Below, in pieces: positions 11,758 to 23,709 of a stretch of 64,000 bases of DNA. The notes beneath the pieces were generated by a model. The model saw nothing but the letters and a program-made list of their open reading frames with translations. It was not told where the DNA came from and ran no database searches. The DNA is from Negaprion brevirostris. Lineage: Eukaryota. Position numbers and translations under genes: made by a program. Where the stretch lies: NCBI GenBank assembly GCA_030324005.1, contig JARDVH010000124.1:20213825-20277824 (forward strand), read 5' to 3'. The stretch's first letter is position 1. Each line of letters begins with the position of its first letter.

Positions 11758-13266
11758 TGTTAGCAAACCAAAGGTAGTTTTAAGGTTTTATATTAGTAAA
11801 CATTAGAAGTAAAGTATAATTTTAAATGTGTTTAAGCTTATGTTTTTGTACTTGGAAGGTACAAACCTATAGTTATATTCTTACTAGACAAAGGTGGCTT
11901 GTAGGCGAGAGGTTTGGTTCAGTTCCAGCTGTGTTTCTATCGTGCTTAGAGAAGACTACAGCATGAAGGTAAATAGAAGGAGCCGTGGTTGCTTTGCAAC
12001 TAGGGGCTTTTTGAGATGGGAAGAACATAAGAACGTATGTAAGGCTTTTGATTTTAGCTTGTTTGCAGTTGGAGATAGGATATGGAGGAGTGCACATCTC
12101 TTAACTCTGACAGACAGACTCATAGGAGCTGCAAAGCAGCAGGCTTCCCAAAGGACCAAATGCAATCCGGATAACCAGAGATAAACAATGTCTGAACAAG
12201 ACTGAAGTTAAGAGAGTAGAGACCAAGATATTATTCAGGATAATTGAAGGGGAAAACAAAACAAAGTTTTACTGAGACAGTTGTAGTAATCTGATTTAAC
12301 GTGGGAAAACAGACTTCAAAGGCATATCAAAAGTTAAAAGCCATCTTAACAGAATCTGGGAATCAATAGTTAAAGCAACTGTCAACAGTTTATACCACAG
12401 TCAAGACAAAGAAATCCTAAAAGGAAAGTGGTAAAACCAATGGACTTATTGTTAAAAGTGCATTGGAAGCTTTGTTTAAGAGAATCATTTGAAAAACCTG
12501 GACTGGATTTCAGAATTCAAATCACTAATGGAAAGCATTAGGTGTGAAAGAAGATTTTAAAGCTTGTTTTTTGGAAACTCTCATGTGACATGGTGGTCAG
12601 CTTTGCTGCCTCACGGCACCAGGGACCCAGGTTCAATTCTGGCTTCAGGTAACTGTCTGTGTAGAGTTTGCACATTCTCTCCGCATCTGCATGGGTGTCC
12701 TCTGGGTGCTCCAGTTTCCTCCAACTGTCCAACAATATGCGGGTTAGGTTGATTGGCCATACTCAATTGCCCCTTAGTGTTAGGGGGATTAACAGGGTAA
12801 ATACGCGGGGTTGCAGTGATAGAGCCTGGGTGGGACTGTTCCCAGTGCAGGCTCAATGGGCTAAATGGTCTCTTTCTACATTGTAGGGATTCTATGATTC
12901 AATGACAATTATCTGGGGGGATTCGAAGGAGAAATCTACAGACATTCACTTGAAGTTCAGAGTGGAGAGTGTATTTGACCACAACATCTTGTGTGTTTAA
13001 AGCGATGCTGTGTTACTGACACTGTTGTAGCTTGAGATGTAATTTGTAATCCATGTTAGTCTTAAATTCTGTGCATACTAGTTAAGCTAAAGGGGCGATC
13101 AAAACAGCATTATATCTTAATGCAATCTTTTCATGTTTAATAATTTTTTTCCTTGTTAAAACTAACTAGATGTCCTGTTACTCTTCCTCCATGTTTTCTT
13201 AAAGTTCAATCTCTTGAGGCAGGATTCCATTCTGGAACCTCCTAAACACCAACTGAGATTGTAACA
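11758..13266 (+). mobile_element. Solo LTR of a second family, inserted in the Gypsy protease region
   Basis: TGTTA...TAACA termini, exact 4-bp TSD CTGG (11754-11757 and 13267-13270), no internal ORF. Confidence 0.8.
12588..12903 (+). mobile_element. HE1-type V-SINE inside the solo LTR
   Basis: gctgcctcacggcaccagggacccaggttcaattc head, V-domain, gggattctatgattc tail. Confidence 0.9.
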
Positions 13267-14257
13267 CTGGAGAAAGACACCTACAAGCACCACTTGAGAT
13301 GCAAGGGTAAAAGATACCAACAAGGATAATTCGTGGTCTCCAATCAGAACTATCCACTACAAAGCTGCAAAGCACAAGTCAAACTTAACCTTCTGCAAAA
13401 AATTGACCAATTAAGGGCCTGGCTTCAAGTATAAAATTGAATTCCCAAAGTTCTGTACAGGACTGGACAATAAAAAACGAATAGAAAACTACACCAAGGG
13501 AAACTACTCAACCAGTGTGCATATTCATGCTACAGAAGATTCTCCATCCACTTACAAAACATGTGCTGCAGAAGCAGAAGCTGGATGAGATGACAAACAT
13601 GGGAGCCATCTCCAAAGTCACATAAACAACTACATGGTGTTTCAGGAGTGCCTCAATCCCAAAACCGAAGGGGTCCATCCATATCTGCATAGATTGACAC
13701 AGTTTAATAAGTCGTAAGCTGGAGAAGCTAGACTCAGTGCTGGGTGCCCGCAATANNNNNNNNNNNNNNNNNNNNNNNNNNNNNNNNNNNNNNNNNNNNN
13801 NNNNNNNNNNNNNNNNNNNNNNNNNNNNNNNNNNNNNNNNNNNNNNNNNNNNNNNCCGCAATAGCTTTTGTAAACCCCTTTGACAAAGTCCTGGCTGCTG
13901 ACCACATTCATTACCCACTTCAGCAGATTCTACTTTAATCTCTTGCCATTTGGAATCACTGCAGCACGGAGGTTTTCAATGTACAATGTCAACCATTTTC
14001 CAGGGCCTCATTTGTCACATATGATGTATTGGTTCATGATGGAGGAAAATGACAAGAGACTCAGCAGTGTTAGGAGAAAGGGAAGTAAGAGTTCCCCAAA
14101 ACATGAATTTTGTTCCTGAGCCACATGTTCAGCAAAGGCATAACCACAAATCCACAGGAAACCAAAGCTGTTAATGAGATCCCAACACCATCCTCAATTC
14201 CAGGCCTCCAGTGATTCTTGGGGATGGTGAGCCAGCTGACAAAACTTTTACCAAACT

Positions 14258-14503
14258 TCATAGAATCATAGAACCCCTATAGTGCAGAGGAGGCCATTCA
14301 GCCCATCGAGTCTGTAACAACCACAACGCCACCTCGGCCCTATTCCGTAACCTCACATGATTACCCCGCCAATTCCCCTGACACTAGGGTCAATTTAGCA
14401 TGGTCAATCAACCTAACCTGCAGAACTTTGGACTGTGGGAGGAAACAGAGCACCTGAAGGAAACCCACAAAGACGTGGGGAGAATGTGCAAACTCCACAC
14501 AGA
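14258..14503 (-). mobile_element. HE1-type V-SINE, 5'-truncated, inside the Gypsy pol
   Basis: catagaatcatagaa tail and ggggagaatgtgcaaactccacacaga (V-domain reversed). Confidence 0.88.
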
Positions 14504-14544
14504 TTACAGAATATTTGAGGCATCTGCGAGAGAAAAATCAAAAA

Positions 14545-14912
14545 TAGTCCAAAAGGTGAGCAGGCCAGGCGGATTGGCCATGCTAAATTGCTCTTTAGGG
14601 TNNNNNNNNNNNNNNNNNNNNNNNNNNNNNNNNNNNNNNNNNNNNNNNNNNNNNNNNNNNNNNNNNNNNNNNNNNNNNNNNNNNNNNNNNNNNNNNNNNN
14701 NAGAAAAATCAAAAATAGTCCAAAAGGTGAGCAGGACAGGCGGATTGGCCATGCTAAATTGCTCTTTAGGGTCCTTAGATCTGTAGGTTAGGGAATGAGC
14801 CATGGTAACTGTGTCAGATTATGGGGATAGGTAGGGGGAAATGGCCTACGATACTATGTCAGACAGTCAGTGCAGACTCGACAAGCCGAATGGACTCCTT
14901 CTATGTCTATGT
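14545..14912 (+). mobile_element. HE1-type SINE 3' half spanning an assembly gap
   Basis: gtccaaaagg..ggattggccatgctaaattg..cagtgcagactcg. Confidence 0.75.
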
Positions 14913-15103
14913 ATGCCATAGTCCTGACACTCGCAACAAATGAAGCATTCACTCAACCAAGATGTTGCTGAGCTCTACTGACAATCTGGCGCACAACAAC
15001 CCATCCCTGCCCATCAACAAAGCAGACCATAGGCTTTGGCTCTTGCGCATAGTGCTTAGGGAGGTCCTTTTCCACAAATAACTGGATGGAAATCAATGAG
15101 CAG

Positions 15104-15263
15104 TTTAAAAGGTAAAGTTGCCATAGTCCCAGATGACCATCGGCTGCTCCCCCTTTGAGGGGAAGAGGTGACTGATGTCCTCATGAAAGGGCAAAGTTGA
15201 GGAGGCAGTATGGGATCTGTGTCACTAACCAGTTATTCAACCAACTGAGCTAAACCAGCCCCC
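15104..15263 (-). mobile_element. Short tRNA-headed SINE of another family
   Basis: The minus strand starts ggggctggtttagctcagttgg (A-box-like) and ends ggtcatctgggactatggcaactttacc. Confidence 0.55.
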
Positions 15264-15309
15264 AAAACTCGAACCAGCTGAATGTTTGGCAACGGCACTG
15301 TCTAATTAT

Positions 15310-15943
15310 AATTATAAATTGTCCCACTGGTAAGACGCAGCATGGATTCATGAAGGGAAGTTCATGTTTAACTAACTTGGTGGAATTCTTTGAGAGCATT
15401 CCATGTGCAGTGGATGTAGTGTATCTGGATTTCAAGAAGGCGTTTGACAAATTGCTGCACCAAAGACTGCTACATAAGATAAAGGTGCACGGTTTTATCA
15501 GTAATGTATTAGCATGGATAGAAGATCGGTTAACTAACAGAAATTCAAAGAGTGGGTGTAAATGGGTGTTTTTTCGGTTGGCGATCAGTGACTAGTGGTG
15601 TGCCTCAGGNNNNNNNNNNAAAAGTGCAGCATGCTGCTGGGCAGAGGGACCTGGGTGTCCTTGTGCAGCAATCTCAAGGAGTTGGTTTGCAGGTGCAGTA
15701 GGTAATTAAGAAGGCAAATGGAATTTTGTCTTTTATTGCTTTAGGGATGGAGTTTAAAAACAGTAAGGTTATGTTGTTTCAGATGCTGGTAAGGCCACAC
15801 CTAGGAGTACTGTGTATAGTTTTGGTCTCCGTACTTGAGAAAGGATATAGTGGCACTGGAGGGGGTACAAAGAAGATTCACTAGGTTGATTCCAGAGTTG
15901 AGAGAGTTGGTTTATGAGGAGAGACTGACTAGACTGGCACTAT
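15310..15943 (+). mobile_element. CR1 ORF2 (RT) fragment nested in the Gypsy element
   Basis: GSSCLTNLVEFFE..VDVVYLDFKKAFDK; [21 protein letters not shown]. Confidence 0.92.
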
Positions 15944-17782
15944 NNNNNNNNNNNNNNNNNNNNNNNNNNNNNNNNNNNNNNNNNNNNNNNNNNNNNNNNN
16001 NNNNNNNNNNNNNNNNNNNNNNNNNNNNNNNNNNNNNNNNNNNNNNNNNNNNNNNNNNNNNNNNNNNNNNNNNNNNNNNNNNNNNNNNNNNNNNNNNNNN
16101 NNNNNNNNNNNNNNNNNNNNNNNNNNNNNNNNNNNNNNNNNNNNNNNNNNNNNNNNNNNNNNNNNNNNNNNNNNNNNNNNNNNNNNNNNNNNNNNNNNNN
16201 NNNNNNNNNNNNNNNNNNNNNNNNNNNNNNNNNNNNNNNNNNNNNNNNNNNNNNNNNNNNNNNNNNNNNNNNNNNNNNNNNNNNNNNNNNNNNNNNNNNN
16301 NNNNNNNNNNNNNNNNNNNNNNNNNNNNNNNNNNNNNNNNNNNNNNNNNNNNNNNNNNNNNNNNNNNNNNNNNNNNNNNNNNNNNNNNNNNNNNNNNNNN
16401 NNNNAGCCTTCTGATAAAACAGGACTGCAATCTTATTGAATAGCTGGAAGATACTCCCCTTTGACAAGATGATCTCTGCCAGTCACCACAAGTAAACGCC
16501 AACAGATTTGTCAGGCACAAACAAATGAGGAGGTCTATGCTTGCCTCCACTGCCACTATCAACAAAGGTGGCCACAATAGTGACCAAGTAGTGGTACCAT
16601 GAAAGTTTGGTTTGAACAAAAACACATGATGGTCATCAACAATCTAGAGTAAGCAGTTGGTCATTCCAGTTTCCCTTTGGCCACAGATACTTCAGAAAAT
16701 ACACCACGCAACTTGGGCTTCACAAAGTGCAGGGTCCAGACCAAATCAACTGTCTGCGTCCAGGCATTTCCGAGGCGATTGAGGGCACCATAGCAAATTG
16801 TCAGATTTTTGCACTCACAGGCAGAACCAAAGATAGTCCCTTATCCCCATATAGTTCCCTACCAGCCACTGGAGAGACTGAGCATCAAGTTATTTATGTT
16901 CAATAGCAAATCATTCCAGAAAGTGGTAGGTTATTTTTTCAACGGGGTTGAGAAGAAGAAACTATATATAATTACCACAGAACCAGTAATTAAGACACTG
17001 AAAGAGATGTTCACTAGCTACGACACCCCAGAGGAGACTATGTTCAATAAAAGCCCACAATTTTCAAATGATTACTTTGAGTATTTTGCCACCACATCCA
17101 GCTTCCACCACCATCCTCGCTCCTCAAAATATTGAGGATCAAATGGGGAAACCAAAAGAGGGAACTATCCGATAAAACCCTTCTTAAAAATCAAGAAAGA
17201 CTTTTTCACAGCATTGCTAACCTATTGGTCCATGCTGTTACAACGTAGCCCAGGCCTATGTGAACTCCTGATGGGCACAAAACTCCCAATCCTGCCAAAA
17301 AACTATCAGGGTTGGTAACCAGGGGTTACCAGGTCATCCAAGAGAGCAATCCTACAAATAGAAATAGGCCTCCACCTACAACAAAAAATACCACACCAGT
17401 CATTTCTCACAAAGGAGGACAGGGTCTGTATTAAGGACGACAAAAGGGATGGTACCATTATAAGGAAGGACAATGATAAATCTTGGTCCTATCTGGTTGG
17501 CAACCCAGAGAGTATGCACAGTCAAAGAGAATGCCTGTTCCCACAGTACAGTGGAGCAAAATACTCAAGATGTCCAAATAATCTCCAAATCAACATAAAT
17601 AACCTGCAACGATGAAGTCTACCACTTTTCAGACTGTAGTGTGAATGAGAAACAAAAGGGGTTCTAAGGTCTCCAGACCATATGAATATATGAAAAGGGA
17701 GCAGTGGTACTAATAATGATGCAAATGCATGGGATAAATTAGAATAATACTGAACTTGAGTTGGATAAAGATGTGGGGGAGA

Positions 17783-18345
17783 TGTAGTATAAGGGTCTCG
17801 CATAGACTGGGAGCATAAGTACAGTACCACGGCACAATGATGACAGAGAGCACATGGTCCACATCTAGGAGTCAGTCTAGTGTTGGACAAAACTGTACTA
17901 ACAGCAAAGTACAGAGACAGCCCCTAGCTCAAACTCTTCACCATATATATGTACATAATTCTTGTAGTTAAGAAGTAAGTCCAGTTAACCTACTCAGGGG
18001 CAGCACTTTGGCACAGCTCCAGGGACCTGGATTTGATTCCCAGTTTGGGTCACTCTGTGTTGAGCTTGCACATTCTCCCTGTGTCTGCATGGGTTTCCTC
18101 TAGGTGCTCTGGTTTCTTCCCACAGTCCAAAGATGTGTGGGTTAGGTTGATTGGCCATACTAGATGAACCCTAGTTTTGGGGGATTAGCAGGGTAAATAT
18201 ATGGGGTCACATAGATAGGGTGGGATTGTTGTCAGTGCAGGCATGATGGGCTGAATGGGCTCTTTCTGTACTGTAATAATTTTATGATTTTGACACTACA
18301 AAAATATCATTAGACCAACTGAGCTGTATCCAATAACCTACAACA
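17783..18345 (+). repeat. 3' LTR of the Gypsy element, split by an HE1 SINE (~17997-18290)
   Basis: Starts TGTAG directly after a purine tract and ends acctacaACA. Confidence 0.78.
17997..18290 (+). mobile_element. HE1-type V-SINE in the 3' LTR
   Basis: Head ggggcagcac..ccagggacc, V-domain and tail. Confidence 0.88.
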
Positions 18346-18539
18346 TGGATGGCTTACCAACTGAGTTAAATTGCTCAGTGTATAAAATGTAAAACCAAAA
18401 CTATTTTGAAGCAAATTAAAACTATACAATTTAATTAGATTTTAAAAAACCTTAAACATTAGAAACGTAATTAAAAGATTCAATAGTGTTCATGTAGACC
18501 ATTATTATAAGGAGTGATGTAACTTTTACTTCATCTCAC

Positions 18540-18658
18540 CATAGTACAGTTGCTTCCAGCAGAAATACACATCTTATCCTCACACCACTGACAACCATTT
18601 GTATTGGCAGTGCAGCTACCACAGTCTGTATACTTGAAACATCTGTCATCTGTAGCCT
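18540..18658 (-). CDS. ATRNL1: ATRNL1 internal coding exon F (119 bp, phase 1 to 0), PSI domain; absent from the ORF track
   Basis: Acceptor atattgcag|AG, donor ATG|gtgaga. Encodes (K)[39 protein letters not shown]. Confidence 0.95.
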
Positions 18659-19059
18659 CTGCAATATAAATAAATGGAGAAATTAATAAGGTTTAAAAAG
18701 AAACTAAATAACAAAGATTTAATCCAGACACAGAAGTATTCTTGCCATAACTGTAGTGTCACTGGCAGGTTCTCTTTTCAGCTGATGCACCATTTTATAA
18801 AAGCAGACAACTAATTAAAAAATCTGCAGTCATCGCTCTTAATTTCACAATGGTTTTCAACAACTTTGCCCAGCATCTCATCCTTATTTCCCAAAATTAC
18901 TTACAAGTTAATCATCCTGGTTTTCCAGGTCATTACGTAGAGTTGAATAGTTTCAACATAAAAGGAAATTAGAGAACAAAAAATAAAACTACAGAAGAAC
19001 TCCTACTGGATGTGTATATATGCAAGTTTATACCAAACTGCTCATTTACAATGCATTGA

Positions 19060-19392
19060 GATCCAAAGCCTGCATTGATTGCCTTTTCCCAAACTATCCC
19101 TGCAATGATGGTGTGTCATCTCCTTCACAAGTAAGTGGATTTCAAGGCATTTCAGAGGGAACTTCAGAATCACCACATTGCTGTGGGTCTGGAGTCAGCT
19201 CAGGGGGGGACAGCAGATTGCCTTCCCTAAACAACATGAGAGAACTAAATGGATCGATAGACAATCCAAGAGTTAAGTGGTCAACATTGCAGAGATTAAT
19301 TTTTCATTCCAGAATAACTTAATTCACTAAAATTAAACTTCCTCGTTGCCATGGTGCAGTTTGAACTTCTGTCTCCTGCTCATTAACCTCAG
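19060..19392 (-). mobile_element. tRNA-derived SINE (28447-type family), degraded
   Basis: cacattgctgtgggtctggagtca, cagattgccttccctaaa and tgccatggtgcagtttgaac are reverse matches to the 28447-28812 copy. Confidence 0.7.
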
Positions 19393-20254
19393 AATCAGGT
19401 TCAAAATGCAAGAAATGAATTGCTTACTTAACATAATCTACAGGTCAATAAGTGCATGGCTCTATTCATAATAAAGTACTGATTGCAATTATCCTATGAT
19501 TTGGATATTGCAATATCAAATGAGTCATTTTTTTCCTCAGTCGTGAAACTTCATTCATTCTTGACGCGCTCACTGTCCTCCATACCAACCAATATAAATC
19601 TCCCTTCCCTCTCTCTGCTTTTTCCACTTTTAAACTGACGGGTCCATTGTGGTGTATTACTGGACCTGTATGTCTCACTGTCCCATGTTCCCTCACTTGG
19701 AGCACAACTTGTCTTGTAAAAGACCACAAGTACTCCAAGTTCCTTTACTCACCGAATTCCACAAGCGAGCACTCTTTCTAGCAGTACTCCAGCAGGCCAG
19801 CCTCTGTGCTACTTAGTAAAAGGGCTGATGTATAATAAAATCATTAATAGCATCAATTCTTGGGGGCCCAGACCATATTGAAGGTTCCCGCAGTTGAGCT
19901 CTAAAAGGCAACTTTGTAGTTTAGATACCATAGACGCTATTGAAATATTAAGATATCTATTTGCAGGAACAATTGTATCTTTGGTCAACGCACAGACCAT
20001 TACAAGGATAACTTAGCTTTTGTATGCTTTTTACAGAGTACACATTACAAGTTCTTTTCATTCCTCTAGTTCAGCCACTCTGCCTATCTAGCTGACTGAG
20101 TAAAGAAAAGTTTCCCATTCGATTCAGAAATACTTTTGCCTGAAGTAATTTTAAGGACCACAAAATTCAAAATGCTTAGGATATTGGGTTCACCAGTCAA
20201 CACAGATGATGTTTCTCGTCTGTTCTGTGAATGGAAAAATTGTAATAGTTTTTA

Positions 20255-20620
20255 AAAACTTCATGCACTTTTAGAGCAGCTGATCACATAGATACATCTC
20301 AGTGCATCACACAATTAATTATTTCTGAAATGTAGTGGCTTGTGCAGGTAAGTGAGACGACTACTGTGTCTCACTAAAGTCTCAGAAATTGAACTATCAT
20401 TTGATCTGCGTTTTAGGATTAGTTAAGGGAGTAATTTTTTGTTTAATCAGACCACCAAAAAAATTCTTTCCTTTATTCTTGTAACATAAAAGGATCTTTA
20501 TAACTTCTACCTGAAGAGGCACACAGGATCTCAGTTAAGTAGTGCCAGTTTAATTTGGCCTCAAAACCTGTTATGGCCTAAAGTCTACAATGTTCTGACT
20601 CAATAACAAAGTTGATAACA
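20255..20620 (-). mobile_element. Degraded Deu-domain SINE
   Basis: ggatctttataacttctacctgaagaggcacacaggatctcagtt resembles the reversed Deu core; L2-like tail near 20260-20340. Confidence 0.5.
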
Positions 20621-20899
20621 ACTGAACATGGCTTCCATAAATTTTGCAATCAGGTCAAAGCTCATATTGGTTTCGAAGTAGTCGGTGACAGCCATGCACT
20701 GCAGATGGAAAGGGCAACTATTGGGTCAAGTTAGTCAAACTGAATGTTAACTTATCTCTGAGCACTAAGTTTTCTTGACCAAGTTAACCAATAGACATCT
20801 GGTAATTGTGGCCTACCTATTTCATTGTATCCACAATGCGTAGCACTTGTCTTACTAGTCCTTGTTACCCATCTTATGCCTCCGAATGGTTGAAGAAAC

Positions 20900-21312
20900 T
20901 AGGATTGTTTTGCAAAGACGAAGGTTATGGGGAGATCTGATAGAGGTCTACAAAATTATAAGAGGCTCTGACAGGGTGGATGATCAGAGGCTTACTCCAA
21001 CGGTAGAAGTGTCACTTACAAGGGGGCACAAATTCAAGGTGAGGAAGGGAAATTTAAGGGAGATGTGCGAGGGAAGTTTTTCTTGCAGAGTGTGGTGGAT
21101 GCCTGGAACGTGCTGCCAAAGGTGATAGTGGAAGCAGGCACATTGGCAACATTTAAGAGGCATCTGGATGGGTACATGAATAGAGAGGGATAGAGACCAA
21201 GTGAGGTCAGAAGACTTTTTTTAAACTTTATTTAGGGCATCATGATCAGTACAAGCTTGGAAGGCCTAAGGGCCATTGCTGTGCTATACTTTTCTTTGTT
21301 GTTCTTTGTTCT
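20900..21312 (+). mobile_element. CR1 3' end
   Basis: LQRRRLWGDLIEVYKIIRGSDRVD..TRGHKFKV; tail ctttgtgttctttgttcttt. Confidence 0.88.
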
Positions 21313-21449
21313 TTACGCAGACCTGATAAGTAACTACATATACAAGATGGTTAATGGATGATAACAATTCACTTAGATTCATTGTTTCTTCCTTTGCCTA
21401 CAAAGAATTTTTTTTGCATTTGAGGATTATTTACTTATGATTTAAGTCT

Positions 21450-22022
21450 GATTAGGTACATTACAGCCTTCAAAACGTAACAGAATTTCAACTACAGACT
21501 GTGAACTCTCTCCTCCACCTTCACTCCATTTTACTTTTCCAATTTATTTTCACTTCCCCCATTGATAAACTTTTCCATCCCCTAATTCATCCNNNNNNNN
21601 NNTTTTTCTCCTTACCACTGTCTCCCCTTCCCCCATTCCACCAGGGTGATCTGTTACCTGTTCCATGTTGTCCCTTGACGCACTGCTTACTTTTGTTCTG
21701 CCATTAACACATTTTGATCTTAGTATGACATCAGCAGCACTCTTCCTAGCCATGATCAACACAATTTACATCACTTTGTCTTTTTGTCCACAACATCTTT
21801 GTTAATCTCTAACCTCCATCCAGTCCCTACTGCTCCACCCCTTTCCTCATAACAGTATAAATCTCATCCTATCTGTAATATTTCTTTAGCTCTTAGACTA
21901 AGAGTCACCCAGACTTGAAACATCAGCTCTGTCCTCTCTCCATTGATGCTGCTATCAGACCTGCTGGGATTTTCCAGCATTTTATGTTTCAGATTCTAAT
22001 ATCCACAGCAATTCGATTTTAC
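21450..22022 (+). mobile_element. Penelope-like element 3' terminal repeat with a degenerate hammerhead (~21887-21928)
   Basis: cagtataaa box; gagtc-accca-gactt-GAAAC hairpin; gatgctgc..agacctgctgggattttccagcatttt terminus. Confidence 0.65.
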
Positions 22023-22221
22023 CTTAGTGTTTAAAAGAATTAAACCTAGATATGCTTTTCATACAGAAGGCAAAAAGGACAAAACAAGAATTATGAATTA
22101 ATCAATATTCTATGTTTCTGCTATTTCCTAAATGGTTTGCAAATCCAAATTTATTCAAAGCATATATCTGAAGAATTGAGAAATTCTAGCTTAAGTTGAT
22201 TTCTATGTTATCAATACTTAC

Positions 22222-22430
22222 TGGTTTTGAGGGGACATTTCACCTCATGGAAACTACTATTACTGGGGCCCAGTTCCCACGGAGCACAGTGATGCTTTTG
22301 CCGCAAACACCTAATACCTGGACCAGCATTTAAGCAAAGATTTTCACTGAAGGCCTCACAGTTTGGAGGTTTGTATACAAGGACATCATTCAAAAGCATA
22401 CTGGAGAAACCACCAAACACATACATAGAC
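22222..22430 (-). CDS. ATRNL1: ATRNL1 internal coding exon E (209 bp, phase 2 to 1), last kelch repeat and PSI domain
   Basis: Acceptor ttttccag|G, donor ACCA|gtaagt. Encodes SMYVFGGFSSMLLNDVLVYKPPNCEAFSENLCLNAGPGIRCLRQKHHCAPWELGPSNSSFHEVKCPLKT. Confidence 0.95.
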
Positions 22431-22799
22431 CTGGAAAAGGAAGAAAAAATGGTAATTATATAAATTCATTGCATGTTACAACAGGTTACGATTAACATGA
22501 GTAAAATGACACAGATATATGCCATCTTTCCTCACGTAGAACCTCCTACTTGAATGCACAAACTAAGTGAAGAGTCAGAAACATCCCCTACAGGGAATTG
22601 AGCATTAGGTTAAAGTAATATTCTTTAGCATCAGCAGAACTAAAAATATGGAAACAAATTACCCAATATCCTCTCACCCAGAACACAGGCACTGTACCCA
22701 CATAAGAGCAGAACATACATTTTTAAAAAGGCCAGAAAAACATAGCTATCACATAAATGACATCTGAATTATGTATTAAGGATTGCTGATTTTTGTTAT

Positions 22800-23500
22800 A
22801 AGAACGTAAGAACTAGAAGTAGGAGTTAGCCATCTGATCCCTCGAGCCTGCTCCACCATTCAATAAGATCATGGCTGATCTTTTTGTGGACTNNNNNNNN
22901 NNNNNNNNNNNNNNNNNNNNNNNNNNNNNNNNNNNNNNNNNNNNNNNNNNNNNNNNNNNNNNNNNNNNNNNNNNNNNNNNNNNNNNNNNNNNNNNNNNNN
23001 NNNNNNNNNNNNNNNNNNNNNNNNNNNNNNNNNNNNNNNNNNNNNNNNNNNNNNNNNNNNNNNNNNNNNNNNNNNNNNNNNNNNNNNNNNNNNNNNNNNN
23101 NNNNNNNNNNNNNNNNNNNNNNNNNNNNNNNNNNNCATAATTTTATATGTTTCTAGATGATTCCCCCCCTCATTCTTCTAAATTCCAATGAGTATAGTCC
23201 CAGTCTACTCAGTCTCTCCTCCTAAGCCAACCCTCTCAACTCTGGAATCAACCTATTGACTCTCCTTTGCACCCCCTGCAGTGCCAGTAAATCCTTTCTC
23301 AAGGAGGCTAAAACTGTACACAGTACTCCAGATGCGGTCTCACCTGCACCTTATACAGCTGCAACGTAACCTCGCTGTTTTTAAACTCCATCCCTCTAAC
23401 AATGAAGGACAAAATTCTATTTGGCTCCTTAATTACCTGCTATATCTGCAAACCAACTCCTTGAGAATCTTGCATAAGGATACCCAGATCCCTCTGCACA
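22800..23500 (-). mobile_element. CR1 3' end in the D-E intron
   Basis: taagaacgtaagaactagaagtaggag tail; cattcttctaaattccaatgagtatagtccc; VQRDLGILMQDS. Confidence 0.9.
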
Positions 23501-23709
23501 TGAAAATTAATATGCTCTGTAGATGATTTTGCATATTTCACTTTGCTTATTTCTAATAAAAGAATGCCAAATTTTAGAGGTTTATTGACAAATGCCAGGA
23601 AGGATAATAGAACAATAAAGTAAAAGTACTTTGTTAACCACCAGAATAAACTAGATGTCAAAACAGATAAACTGAGGCAATTATTAAACAGAGATAATGA
23701 TGGACTCAC

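Larger units (their letters stand above)
9179..18345 (+). mobile_element. Decayed full-length Ty3/Gypsy LTR retrotransposon with nested insertions
   Basis: 5' LTR ~9179-10100 and 3' LTR 17783-18345 share gtcagtctagtgttgga, ttcttgtagttaagaa and cctacaaca. PBS-like TGGTGGCA at 10101, PPT gggggaga before 17783, flanking TGGAT direct repeat. Remnants of gag (LKSEFIRNRMVVG..LTLEKVI), RT (IPKPKGSIHICID; LLTTFITHFSRFYFNLLPFGI), RNase H (~14920-15095) and integrase (16809-17135). Confidence 0.85.

Noticed and set aside
12588-12650. tRNA-like A/B boxes
   Set aside because: These are SINE heads, not complete cloverleaf tRNA genes.
14530-14772. ~72-bp direct duplication (agaaaaatcaaaaatagtcc...ctctttagggt)
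   Set aside because: It flanks a 100-N gap exactly, so it is most likely unmerged contig overlap.
16809-17135. 108-aa integrase-like ORF as a domesticated gene
   Set aside because: The expected catalytic Asp positions read K and N, and the flanks carry stops and frameshifts; it is part of the decayed Gypsy.
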